Below the pieces are notes generated by a model, which was not told where the DNA came from, ran no database searches, and worked only from the letters and a program-made list of their open reading frames with translations. DNA of 62,086 bases, counting the filler, from Choristocarpus tenellus KU-1152 (lineage: Eukaryota > Protista > Phaeophyceae), in NCBI GenBank assembly GCA_964200185.2. It is 15 parts of 15 records of this genome, joined end to end, with 100 filler letters (N's around TTAATTAATTAA, not from the genome) between each part and the next. Parts side by side here need not be neighbours in the genome. Positions count along the whole stretch, not along the records: positions 50,333 to 53,736 come from CAXNAD020020264.1; positions 53,837 to 58,709 come from CAXNAD020012710.1; positions 58,810 to 62,086 come from CAXNAD020021095.1; 12 more parts are not named here. One strand, 5' to 3'. A program made the position numbers and the translations under genes. This document shows, in pieces, positions 50,389-62,086 of the stretch (position 1 is the first letter of the stretch; each line of letters begins with the position of its first letter).

Positions 50389-51039
50389 GTAATGGATAAT
50401 TTCATCAAAATCGATTTGGGTCTGTCTGCATTGTAGGTCGCTGAACCCTCTATGTATAACCACTGGCTGTCGTAATGTTTTTCTGACACCTCGTGATTCT
50501 GCAATGGCCTTGTTCTGACTTGAATTTTTGCTTACAAGAATATGGAACAAACGGGTTTCTAGCATTTGTTTCAACAACTTCTGTATTATATGCTACTTCA
50601 CCCTGTACTATGTTTTTTACATGAGTGCAGCATATATAGGGTGGATCGAATAGGAGTTCCTGTGCCCTAGTCAAGAAATGGGAGCATACGGGACGGTTGT
50701 ATGTCAACAAGTGAAGTTTTTACCACGAATCGAACCTGCGGTAAGGTTAGTGTTCTCTCTGAGAGTCCAACTACTATACCGCTGAACACTACCAGGCTCT
50801 ATCAAAATACTGACACTTTTTTTTCTAATGAAATTGCTGATAAATGTTATATATTAATATGCTCTTTGAGATTTTACGTAAGTGTCAAGGAAAATACCAA
50901 AACTATCACAAAAAAATGCTGTAAAAATTGCAGTTATTGTTAATGCAAAAGATACTCCCAGTAAATATTAACTATTTGAGAGGTATCAGTGCAAAAATGT
51001 TTCCTACAAAGGTGGGCGAGGAGATAGGAAGAATGCCAA

Positions 51040-52400
51040 GAGTCTGTAAGGTTCCTGTGGGTCCACAGACTAGGTGCCTCCAGCTTGAAACCCGATGACA
51101 TTCTTCAAATAGTGACCTGTGCAGCTGCAGATACCATTTGTCTGCAATAGGTCCTTACAGCTCCTTTCCAGGCATATCCCCCATATCCTCTCCCTCCTAC
51201 CACATCGGTGGCCAAAGCATCCAGGAACTTCTCTTCTTGTATACCAACATGTCCAAACCTTTACGTCGTAAAGGTCCTGAGACTAAAGCTACAAGCGATA
51301 AAAGATCCCTCGTAGTGGGAGCGCTTTTGAGACTCGGCTGACATAGAAGCAACACCAGTGGTGGTGGATGTGTGGGTTAGGTGGCAGTCCACCTGTACTC
51401 CTGTGAAGGTGACATCCAGAAAAAGGTGTGATATTGTACGCTGGTTGGAATATTGCACATGTTGAGGTTGAGGTCTTCTGGAGGTCGGTGAGGCTTACAG
51501 TGACCGATGAGAGTGAAGTGGTTACAATGACCTGTTCAAGCAGTGGTAGGAAAGGGTTTCAACAGTCTGTCGTATTTAGTCAAGGTTGTCCACTGCGCTG
51601 TAGTCGTTCCTCCTACACAGGCAGATTTTGAGAGACACCTTCTCAACAGCTGAAATTGTTCCAACACAAGAACGACACATGCTGGACCAGTCAGTATTTA
51701 TGTGCAATTCCCGGTTTTTCTGGGCACAAGGCTGAAGGGGGATACATAGGAGGCTGGCGCTGCCAAGGATGGCAAAAGAGTGAGGAACATCTCAAGGCTA
51801 CATACAACCAGAGTAACAATATGTAGTTGCAGATTGAGTAATTGCCATTACATGTAATTTTCTTCTTGACAACCCTCCATCCAGCTTTTCTCGATCGTGA
51901 AAAAAACATGGAGTCAGGAATTTCTCTCAGATACGACAGCATAGTATGTACCCCATTTGTAGGAAAAGATCGCACACAGACGAGAACACCTCGAAAATAT
52001 ATCCTATTGGAAATCCGCTCATGTCTCGGGACATACACACTGCATGGATTTTTAATTTACAAATGAAACCATAAATGGCATATGATTGTCGTATGGTATT
52101 GGTTAAATACGAATTATATTGCAAGTTGGAGTACAAAGCAATTTGTAGGCCATTTGTTGGAAGTTGTAGAGATATGTTCTGATGGCAGCATCAACGATGC
52201 TTGAAGGAAAATAATATTGTTGGCAAAATCCTGGCTATGATTGTGACACGGTAGGCACACACTCTTGTGGGGTGTTGACAGGATATGGAACAAGGTGCTG
52301 GAAAGGACAAAGAAGAAGATGCAGAGGAGGATGAGGTCTTGACTGGCAACGTCCGACTCTCTCGCTTCTGGGGGCGCTCTGAGACAACAAAGGTAATGGC
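51040..52400 (-). mobile_element. Degraded Copia-like integrase/RT-start remnant
   Basis: Eroded integrase-like segment (51691-52038) followed by PIADKWYL and RHLVCG (cf. I..KWVF, ARLV.RG). Confidence 0.38.
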
Positions 52401-53522
52401 TCATTAAATTGGACGATTCGTTAGGAGGGATGCTTTATATGAGATGCAAGTTGATTGTTGTTCAGGTGAAGTGAGTGCTATATGGTTCAGAGGAGCTCAA
52501 AGCCAAGGAAGAATGTTCTAGAGGATGGAGCAATTGGTAAGTTGTCAATGCCTCTTTCTCGTGGTGATGAATATATGTCTAGGATTTGACCTTGTCTCGT
52601 CTAAGACTATGTGTTTATCTGTTTGTGCATGACACAGAAGAGTGTCAGCCCTTGTTCCTGTGCTCACTGCTAACCTTGCATTCTACACCTTCATGCCAGG
52701 GTTAATCAAGTAACCTGACACTATTGTATTGCAGTAGTATCCCTGATGGAGTGGATTAATTGTCTACGTATCTAGTTCGTGCTTCTTGTTTATATAGTAT
52801 ACAATTGCTACCCCAACAAGAAATCTGGTCAGAAGTCTTGAATCGTTGATAAAGATGAAGGATGAACCATTTAATCATTTCATTATTGGCAGCATTGCGC
52901 CACCCCCCTCTAAATCCCCATGCAGGAAGTGACAGCAAATATGGCAGAGCGCAATATATCAACAGCTCGTGTGCCCTCAATCCCTGATCAAGACTTTGAG
53001 ATTGCAGAACATACAAGTGATGTACAGGTTGGTTGTGGGGAAGCACGTTTCCATATTTATTTTCGCTAAGAGTGCAGGTTGAATGGATCACGTGAGACAT
53101 GGTTGGGGTGCCTGCCATGGAAGATGATTGGAGGAGGAATAACACCTATTGACTTTTGATGTCCCATTTGTATGAGATGATAATGACAGTATCTTTGTAC
53201 TTTACATTTGAAGGGTTAGATATGCTGTGGGAGTTCAAGAGAACCATAGGACATGAAATAGATACTATTGGCTCTTTAAAGCCTCGTAAATATCACTTGG
53301 TGATTGTACTAGATTTTCCTTTTAGCGCCAATGAGTTGAGTGCATTATGTATCGCTGTTGAGCCCATTGGTATATGTGAGATTGGGAGATTTGTTGCTGT
53401 GCTATATCATGTGATGATTATTGCAGTTTAGTCTCTTATCCCTGTCAGGAAGTCGAACCATGAACCCTTGTGAGAATTCACCACAATCCTGCAACTATAG
53501 CATTCCAAACCATGAATGCTCT

Positions 53523-53695
53523 GGCTCAAAGTATCTGGTGGCCGGGAGGGGGGTCTACACCAGGGTGTCCATTCGGGTCCTGACTAGGAGAAGTTCAATT
53601 TTATTATCCTTCCCATGCATGCAACCAAATCACCCAAAAATCACAACATGGAAAAATGGGCCCCGAATGGACAGCCGCCCACCCCGCCCCCCCCC
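53523..53695 (-). mobile_element. MITE family B, near-complete
   Basis: GGCTCAAAGTATCTGG..CTACACCAGGGTGTCCATTCGGG..CCCCGAATGGACAGCCGCC. Confidence 0.88.
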
Positions 53696-53839
53696 ACGAC
53701 CGCACCGCCCCCTCCCACGGCAAGGATGAGGACTCCNNNNNNNNNNNNNNNNNNNNNNNNNNNNNNNNNNNNNNNNNNNNTTAATTAATTAANNNNNNNN
53801 NNNNNNNNNNNNNNNNNNNNNNNNNNNNNNNNNNNNTGT

Positions 53840-56800
53840 TCTCCCTCACATCCCCCCCCATGCACCCAGCGCATTCATGCATGAGACAAGAGTGTCCCAT
53901 CCATGATGTATGGTGCCTACACTCCTTTGTCAATCTTGAATGTAAGAAAACTGTGTATGGTATTTGTTCGCCTACCTTTCCAATATTTCTGCCTACACTG
54001 AATTCTTCTCAATAGATGACAATATTTTGAGTCTGCAGGTTGAGGGTCAGATTACTGAAGCACTTGCTGTACAAGTTTGTTCCGGACTTGGTTATTGCAA
54101 ACTGCCAAGGGCTTAGGTTGCTGAGGGCTTTCATTGTGGATATAGAATTAAGGTTCCTGCCTCGGTCTGGGACTATTACTTCAGTTTTCCTCTTGTACTT
54201 CTGCCCTTTCAAGGAGTAAATATGAAATTGGATGGGGTCATAATTTGTAGCCTAAATCCATAAGAGAAAATATCTTCCACTAGTACCAAAGTCAGTTATG
54301 GGATGTTACGCTTTGAATAGTAAGTGCATGCATGGTTATGTAAACAGGGATATTACCTCAGCACCCTTACTTGGGTGTCACCCTACATTATGATGATGTG
54401 CTTGAATCATCAATTTTCAACAAGCAACCAACACATCCATTTGGACCGCCTGCGAATCTATATAGATGACGTACAAGCACATGCCTTTTCTAATTGACCA
54501 ACATATGAGAGAAAAGCAGGACACATAGATACTTAAAAAAAATAAGAGGTGGTGAGTGTGCTAGTGATGAAGGTTCTCTCTTACCTCTGTAGTAAAGAGA
54601 ATAAGGCTGTATTCATGGGGAGACATAAGTTTATTGCGTAGCAGGAGGTAAATCCAAGGAGAGGATAACTACAGGTGAGATGTCACAGTATTGTCAAAAA
54701 ATGTTTCCTTGGTTTGCATAATAGCCCTCAATGTACTTGTGTGAGAGGTGGGGGTTCCTTGATAGTGTTTAATTATCCCCTTGTACTGTACCAAGCCCAT
54801 TGGTGCCTATGTAGCCTGTCCAACAAAGTACAGGTGGAAAGTGCTGCAGTACAACTCGCACAAGAGACCAGTTAGGAGCATATGTTAATGTGAATTTAAG
54901 AGTATGTATTTTGATTTTTTTTTCTTGCACTCAACAAGTGAGGCGACTGATGCTGTGGATGACTACATTGATGAATTCTGTGAAGAAAAATAATGGATAC
55001 TGACGGTAGGGCGGAGCATTATTTTGCTGTGTCCGTATGGGTTTTGGCCAAGCCCAAGGGGATTGAATTTTTAGTTAGTGTTTGGTCCTAGTAGGCGTGA
55101 GTTGCTTCATTGCAGCAGCCAATTTTGCATTACACCAGGGGAACTGGATTTGGAGGAGGAAGTGTATGTGTGTGTATGTGGTCAGGGTGGTATTAGGCAT
55201 GGATCAGATTTAGATACCATCTAAGAACCTTCCCAAAGGCACAAAACTGTCTTCTGGAACCACTGAATGCATTTGACTGTGCCCATTACTATTATATGCT
55301 ACTTGTTTGCTATTGAGGACCAAGTGGCATATAGGACCTTGTACCTGCTGTATTATGTATACGTAGATGTCTCTGGACAAAAATACTGCAAGTGCTGTTG
55401 AGTCTCGAGAAAAGTGGTATTTTTGTCAACGGTTCTTTACCATGCATGGTTGTGAAAAGGCACACAGGGTATTGCTGCACAAGTCACAAGGGCTAGGGTC
55501 ATCTATGCGGTGTATTTTGTTGTGCATATTTGAACAGAATGGTGAAAGGCTCTGTCTGAAGGGTGTAGTGTATAAAAATATTTAGTCGTATAATTGTGCA
55601 TCAATAGATATCACAAGTCCCAACCAAAATGACAAGCCTTTCTATCGAATATCTTGTCCAAACTGTTGAAGTTGATTGCAGAAACTCTTCATTATCCTGC
55701 ATAGAAAGAATGTTACTGTGATACTGAATGTTGGTCTGGTGCACAATAGTTCATTTTGAACTAATAATTCTGCTTCCAATCTTGTTTTGGGTCTAGCCTT
55801 AACGCCTTTCATTGGTAAATGACAGTTTATAAAGAAGTCAAAGGGCTAAACTGGAAAGGGGGCCTCTCATTGGTCAACTGCAATTTATAAGCTTTGCCCT
55901 TTCAAACTTGTATGGCGCATTTCCATTTTAGCTTGCCCCAGAGATAGGCTCATTTCCATAGAACACATTCTACTCTTATATGTGGACACACATCACTTGA
56001 GGAAAGGACTGATAAACAACCTAATACCATAAAGGTGGAGAGATGGAATGCTTGGCCGGTTGATACGCTGGGTGATCTCCATAATGCTATTGAGGATTAG
56101 GACATATATCTCTTTCCAGGAGAAAGATGAAGACGACAAAGAGTCTATGAAATGGATGTTGTGGATAGTAAGCGCCACATGCTTGAGGTGAATGCCGTTT
56201 GCTATGGGACCCATGATGGCTACCCTGTTCCCTGAAAGCCACTGCTAAACACCACTAGGATATGGACATTGTGGCTGTCAGGAACATTGTGCTTGGCATT
56301 GTCTGGAACATTGTGGGATACCTTTATCATTGTTCTTATTGATTACACTCCATGTACAAACAACAAATCTTGTAGTCTACAATATTTGGTCTACTTCGTA
56401 CTAAGTAGTATCAAATTAGAAAGTGCCTCATGTGGCTATTTGCGAGGAAGGAGTGACCTGATTGGTGGGTGTCATTTCCTAAAAAGAGAAGTTCAGTGGC
56501 AATCTTTTCTCCCAACAACAGCTCAGTAATGCATCTGTCAAGAAAACCTTTCCTACTTTAAGATATTCACTCAACCTCTGAGATATTGGAGGTTGCATTA
56601 GGATCGATATGATTTTGTAACACTGGTACACAAGTGTTAGGTAAATTTGCACAGTAATTCAACAATACCCCCAAAGTGCAATGAGGGTTTGGTCCAAGAT
56701 TTTGGCAACTGGGGCTACATCAATGATGCCATTTCTCCACAATTAGGTAGGTGCATCATTTTCATCTTGTTGGACCCCAAAATATGTTCTTGTTGCAGTT

Positions 56801-57100
56801 ATCGAGTTTTGAGAGGCATCATTAACAACCATATATCTTTAAACATTGGAGAACATCTTTACCACACCTATGAGCTAGTTCCACTACCACTTGTATTGGT
56901 GATGCCTGTGATAAGCTGTCAATTATTATTTGACAGAGTTGCGTAGGTGCACATTGTAGGAAGCTTGTGACTGATGACCTAAACAGGTGGGTATCACATG
57001 AAAAAATACTAAGGCCTTTTTGAGTCCTACAGGTTTATTTTGGGTATCTTCACAATAGTCTAATGGGTCTCAGTCTGCAATCATAAGGTAGGGTGCAGGA
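53840..57100 (-). mobile_element. Heavily degraded Gypsy-like pol
   Basis: PTMFQTM (cf. AP.TFQR.M) at ~56310, eroded RNase H-like segment at ~55900, integrase-like Q..NG segment at ~54440; order RT-RH-INT; boundaries approximate. Confidence 0.45.
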
Positions 57101-57350
57101 GAAACAATAGTCACAAGGCCAAAAAGGGAGAAAATGCAATAAATGAAGCTCAAGTAAGAAAGGGGAACCTAGATCCTGTAACCAGTTGATAACAGACACA
57201 CTCCTGAATCTACTGCACAAAGAAGTGTATATTGAATTCTGATTGTGACTTGAAAATACACATCAAATCCAAGGTTGATCAATATGGTCCTAGTGAAGAG
57301 ACCTCTTACTAGTCTAGTGTCTGTACCTGGCTGATTTTCTTACATTTTAG

Positions 57351-58400
57351 AATACCAAGTACTGGTCAGAAAAACTGGAGGCAGAACGGCATATACTGAC
57401 CTTGGCAAGGCGAGTGGTGAAGCATCAGAAAGATAGGGTCAAGAACCGTCAGAAGATGATGTCAGCTTGCCAGAAGCAGTGGCGAAATCAAAGGCAGGAG
57501 TTGCGGTGAGATTCACTTCAAAAGCTCATTGTTTTGTTTAATTTTACAAAGACACCTCACGTTTAAGAGAGGATGCAGGTTGGCTTTGTGAAAAGCAACA
57601 TCCTTGGGTTTGATTGAAGTAGTTTAGTTTTATGGGAGTTGCATTAATTCACTACCCTTTGATGTAGTTCATTAAGGACTAAAGTTTTTAAACCACTATG
57701 ACGAAAATTTCAGGGGAATTATCACAGTCTCTCAGGGGAATTATCACCTGGGAATATATGACCTTTGTGTGTGGTGAAATTAGGTTTGATAGGTGTCAAT
57801 CACGAAAGCCAGGTATCGAGTTCCTTGAAAGCAATTCCATGGTGCTCCTTCTTGACCTTTTTCTTAACTCTTGAGATATGACTAAGAAAATTTGAGTCTG
57901 TTCTACCTCCTATGCATCCTTTAATATGCCCTGTGATCATGAACGGTGGGAAGGTATGAAAACAGCTGCATGCATCTGTTGACCTATTTGGGAGGTACTG
58001 TGGTAAAGCAAGGGGGGCCCACAAAAGTACAACCACTCATCACACCATTGCATTTATTTTGACCTCGACATTCGAAAACAGATCTTTAGGCAAGGATTTC
58101 AAACCAAGGAGGTCAGTTTGCCTGCATTCCTTGGAGGATGCCAAAGAAATCCTTGACGTTGAAGTCTATGGACTGAACAGACTAGTGGGACAGCTGCGTA
58201 AAAGCAGGCGCTGGCTTGATGATCGTGAGAAAAAGATCACCAGATTGGAGGACCTGCTCAAGTCAAGTGGTAGTATCAAAGTTGGGTCTTGTGAACAGGA
58301 AGAAGTCAGCACCTCCTCAATCTCACCTCAGCCACACCCATCAACATCATCCGGCAGCAGCATCAGCCTGAGGGTCCATGAGCTGGAACAAATCCAAAAT
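57351..58400 (+). CDS. CEP164: CEP164-like C-terminal coiled coil, two exons (57351-57505, 58082-58400)
   Basis: LEAERHILTLARRVVKHQKDRVKNRQKMMSACQKQWR..LEDAKEILDVEVYGLNRL..LRKSRRWLDDREKKITRLEDLL parallels CEP164 (LSAEGVALRSAKEFLV.Q..MRRRQTALKAAQQHWR..LED.RKNL..E...L...KKEEKLNQLE); phase-2 junction is compatible. Confidence 0.62.
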
Positions 58401-58666
58401 GTATGTTTGGACGACCATGATATAATCCCTTACAATGAGCATCCCTGCATGTGTTTGATTATAGTATGAATGATACAAAATTTTCTGGCCAAATCCATGG
58501 CGATTTTCTGCCCTGTTTGCAACCTACTCCGGTTTGGGCATCCAACCATCAAGAGACTGCCACTGGCACCATATTTTGAGTTACGATGCATTACTCTACT
58601 GAAAGTGTGTCTTTAGTCGTTTAATATGCAAACTTCCATGAACATGTGTCATCTGTGCACATTAGT

Positions 58667-58709
58667 GAGCCAAAGTATCTTAGAGGGTAGAGCCGCGTCC
58701 ATTTGGGGG
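58667..58709 (+). mobile_element. MITE family A, terminal fragment
   Basis: GAGCCAAAGTATCTTAGAGGGTAGAGCCGCGTCCATTTGGGGG. Confidence 0.88.
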
Positions 58710-58824
58710 NNNNNNNNNNNNNNNNNNNNNNNNNNNNNNNNNNNNNNNNNNNNTTAATTAATTAANNNNNNNNNNNNNNNNNNNNNNNNNNNNNNNNNNN
58801 NNNNNNNNNCCCCCCATGTTGCAG

Positions 58825-61021
58825 TCCATGCACTCGGTTTTCCTATATCACGCGGTGAAGGCAGGTATGGATATGGGTATAGTAAATGCTGGGATGCTTC
58901 AGGTGTACGATGATATCCCCCCGGACTTGCTCAAAATTGTTGAGGATGCTGTCTTGAACAGGCACTCAGGGGCTACAGAGGCTCTTTTGGACAGGGCGGA
59001 GGTAGGCTATTGGTTTTGTTTGTTTTTTGTAAGGTGTTTTTGGTATTGTTTTTGAGCAGTCGTTTTTTTTTTTTATAAAAAAATTGTGTGTGGGGGTATG
59101 TTGCTGGTGTTGAGTGTGTACTTTTGTTGTTTGGTATGAAATAAAGAGTTAAGGGGTGGGTGATACAGACCTCCGACTACTAACTCGGGAGTAGTAGACG
59201 TGTTGGAGTGTACTGTGTGTACTGTGTGTACTGTGCAATTGTTGCATGTGGGATGTCACTTACGCTTTTGGTTCTTTAGTGGAGAAAATATGATATTTCA
59301 CATTCGGGATCCCTCTAGTGATATATACATGTATGTATATATATTATTATATGGGTTAGGGTTAGGGTTAGGGGGAAGAAGTGTCAATATTTGATTATTG
59401 AAGTGTGCAACCTACTGTTTGATTCACTTTTTGTTGGCCTTGGAGGAACTGTTCTGTGTTTCAAAACACCCCCGAATAGTAAATGTAATTGAGAGGTAGG
59501 CAGCTTTTGACCCTTCTGCTTTTGAAGTCATTGTTACCGCCTAGGTGCTATACACAGTATTTGCTATTCCATCTGTGCCTGCGGGATTGTTATTGCCTAC
59601 AGATGTTAAGAGTAAATTGTTTTTGCCTTGTAGAACATCGTTATGTTGTGCATCGTCCCCTGTCCTCTGCAATATTCCACTGCAATGTCAAATGCCATGT
59701 GTGTGGGTTCAGATACAGGTACATTGTGAGGTTGATGAAGGTGCTCCAAAAGTCCTTGGAAGAAAAGTGCCTTACCATGTGGAAGAAAAACGCCTTACCA
59801 TGTGGAAGAATTTAATTCTTCGACTAACGCCGATTATGCCATAGTAGCATCTTGATTAACAGTATGTTGTTGGTGAATTCCCACATCTAAACTTATCCCC
59901 CTGTTCATCTGTGCTAATTTTTTTTACCAGGTCATTCGTGCATTCTTGCCCCCCCCCCCCCCCCCCCCCCCCCCCTCCCCCCCCTTTGGAAACCCCTTTT
60001 TTTTTTATTTTGGAAGGGGGGGGGGACTGAGAAAAAAGGGGAGGACANNNNNNNNNNTTTTTTGGGGTGACGGGGGTTCAGGCGGTTTCCCTTCCCCTCC
60101 CCCCGGTCTTTCGTGCTTTCTTCCCCCCCCCCCCCCCCCTCCCATTTCAACCTACTGGTGAATCACTCTTTTGATTTAGATTGAGAAGGAGCTGGCACTG
60201 AAGAACAAGGGGAAGCCAAGTAGTGCTAGTGGAGTGAAGTGGAGGAGCCAGGATGTGCAGGCACGCTTGACCCATTCGCTGATCAAGGGTATTGACCAGT
60301 TTGTTGTGGAGGTGAGGGGTGGGGACGGTGGGGGTATATATGTGTGAGGGGTGGGGTGTGGGAGGGCGAGAGGGGAGTGAGGGAAGTTAGAGTTTGAGGG
60401 TGGGAAGGAAGGCGTTGTTTGGGTCTGTGTGATACGGAAGGGGAAATTTTAAAGTGCTTTTGAGTGTTGAAGTGAGGTTTTCTGTAGCACTCTAAGGTCT
60501 TTGGTGCTTGCTCTGTGGCATATTGAAGTGTTTTTCGCACATGATGGAGGGTTAGGTTAGAGAGTGTGAGATAGTAATGCCTTGTTAGGATTGGGTTGAA
60601 AGTTCTTTGCAAGGGGTTTGAATTGTTAATATGTAATCCATACTGTGACCAAGATATACCTTGGATACATATCCCTACCTCAAGTGGAAAGGTGGCTGGT
60701 TTGTTCTGCTGTGTAGGAGAAGTGAAGTTGATGCTTGTTGGAACTACTTCCTCTGCTCAGCACCAGTTTTCGATTGGTTTAATTTGATATTGTTATTTGT
60801 GAGTGCAACTGCATTTCTTCAATCTCCATCCTTCACTATGCACGTGCATGCTCTCTCACACACTCCACCTTCCTCTCCTGGTGGAGTAGGATGTGGAGGA
60901 GTGCCGTTTGAACATGGATGCAGAAGGGAAGCGCCCTCTGGATGTGATTGAAGGGCCCCTCATGTCTGGCATGAATGTGGTCGGAGATCTCTTTGGTGCT
61001 GGGAAAATGTTCCTGCCTCAG
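58825..61021 (+). CDS. metH: Cobalamin-dependent methionine synthase, three internal exons (58825-59001, 60180-60311, 60890-61021)
   Basis: [26 protein letters not shown] (pterin-binding domain end); [22 protein letters not shown]; [30 protein letters not shown] (B12 cap domain); all phase-0 GT-AG exons. Confidence 0.96.
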
Positions 61022-62086
61022 GTGAGAAAGGAGTTCTTGTTTTTTTGTAGTAAGGGAGGTAGGCGTTTTTATTGTTTGTTTGGTGTGGTGTTGATGTTCG
61101 AGGGATGTGTGGAGAACTTAACTTGGGAGGCGTTGTGTTGTGAGGAGTGTGTAATGTGGAGAAGTGACAGTACCGCCTGCTAGGTGTTTTATTCCAGTTA
61201 ACTATGCTACACGTGCACGGATCTGGCCCTTAGTGTTAGAGCAGATACCTCTATGCCTGAGCTTTTCTTGTATGTATAGGTGCTTTTGGGGGGATTTTGA
61301 AAACCATTCTAAGGGCTTTGCGTTTTGTTTTTGACTTTACTATTAGGTGTGGTTTTGTTTGGATTGGGGTTTTGTGTGAGCAGGGGCATGTGTGTGCTTG
61401 TAATTGTGGGATAGGGGTGGGTGAATAGGAGAGGGGTGTATGTGAGTGACAGCAACTGAATGGTTTGTGTGTGTGTGGTTTCACTATTTTGAGTTTCAAG
61501 GAGCTCTAAATAAGTATTTTTTAATATAGGTAGAGTAGGGATTTGAAAGAGAGACATCCGTAAGGGTGACTTCTTGCTCTTGTAAAACTACATTTAGCCA
61601 CAATACAGTCTACACGTACTCCACAACTTCCGTAGGCTGACTGCTACAAAACCTTGTACCAATAGAAAGTAAGAGTGGTCGATAAAGAGTCAGAGGCATC
61701 GCTCTCTTTTGATTCCACTGTTATGATATATTGGCAGAGGTTATTTGATGACAATGTATGAAGATGAAAATGTATAATCTCAGACTTGATTTGCCCAGGT
61801 TGTGGTATACTATCCTCTGTGCACTTTACTCTTGTTTATCCTGCTGAAGCAGAGGGAGTACAGGTTTGTTTTATGGTATAATTTACATGGCAAGATACCC
61901 GAATCAACCTTGAAATAGATTTTTTTTTTGGAGAAGATAGCTCTACTGTCCCTAATTCAACATTCGAGTTTGTTGTGATGATCGCTATCCTTCAAGCATG
62001 GATGTGAGGAATTGACATGATGTGGTGTACACTGTCCATTTGACTCTTACCCTTTAACCCACTCCTTTTCTGGTTGTCTCATCAAA

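Noticed and set aside
50400-50760. TnpB/Fanzor or transposase ORF adjoining a MITE B end
   Set aside because: No RuvC or DDE motifs; it lies outside the TIR and has stops in all frames
13931-58400. Apparent cluster of ciliary genes (KIF9-, WDR93-, CCDC180- and CEP164-like)
   Set aside because: Each lies on a different concatenated contig, so no linkage can be inferred
59946-60150. Poly-Pro/Gly ORFs
   Set aside because: Low-quality homopolymer sequence around a small N gap inside a METH intron

Overview
This window is not one locus. It is 15 short eukaryotic contigs joined by an artificial 100-nt spacer (44 N + TTAATTAATTAA + 44 N; 14 joins), so adjacency across spacers has no biological meaning. 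The DNA is intron-rich and TE-rich and carries scattered CCCTAA/TTAGGG tracts. It encodes several cilium-associated proteins, consistent with a flagellated alga, possibly a stramenopile or early-branching brown alga (inference only). Spliced gene fragments reconstructed from GT-AG sites: a UHRF1/VIM-like SRA protein, a kinesin-9 (KIF9/KIF6-type) tail, an EF-hand + WDR93-like protein, CCDC180-like and CEP164-like C-termini, B12-dependent methionine synthase (METH), a possible Asp/Asn beta-hydroxylase-like exon and a few unknown exons. Mobile DNA includes a chromodomain Gypsy 3' end, degraded Copia, Gypsy and LINE remnants, and a ~1.4-kb dispersed repeat. Most prominent are two related MITE families (A, ~260 bp; B, ~175 bp; about 22 copies or fragments). 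They share bipartite ends (CAAAGTATCT ... GTCCATTTGGG) with asymmetric spacers: 16 vs 26 nt in A, and about 16-17 vs 22-30 nt in B. TE copies show CpG-to-TpG/CpA decay, and there is a ParB/Srx-like pseudogene. Family assignments rest on motif recognition from memory, not on database searches.
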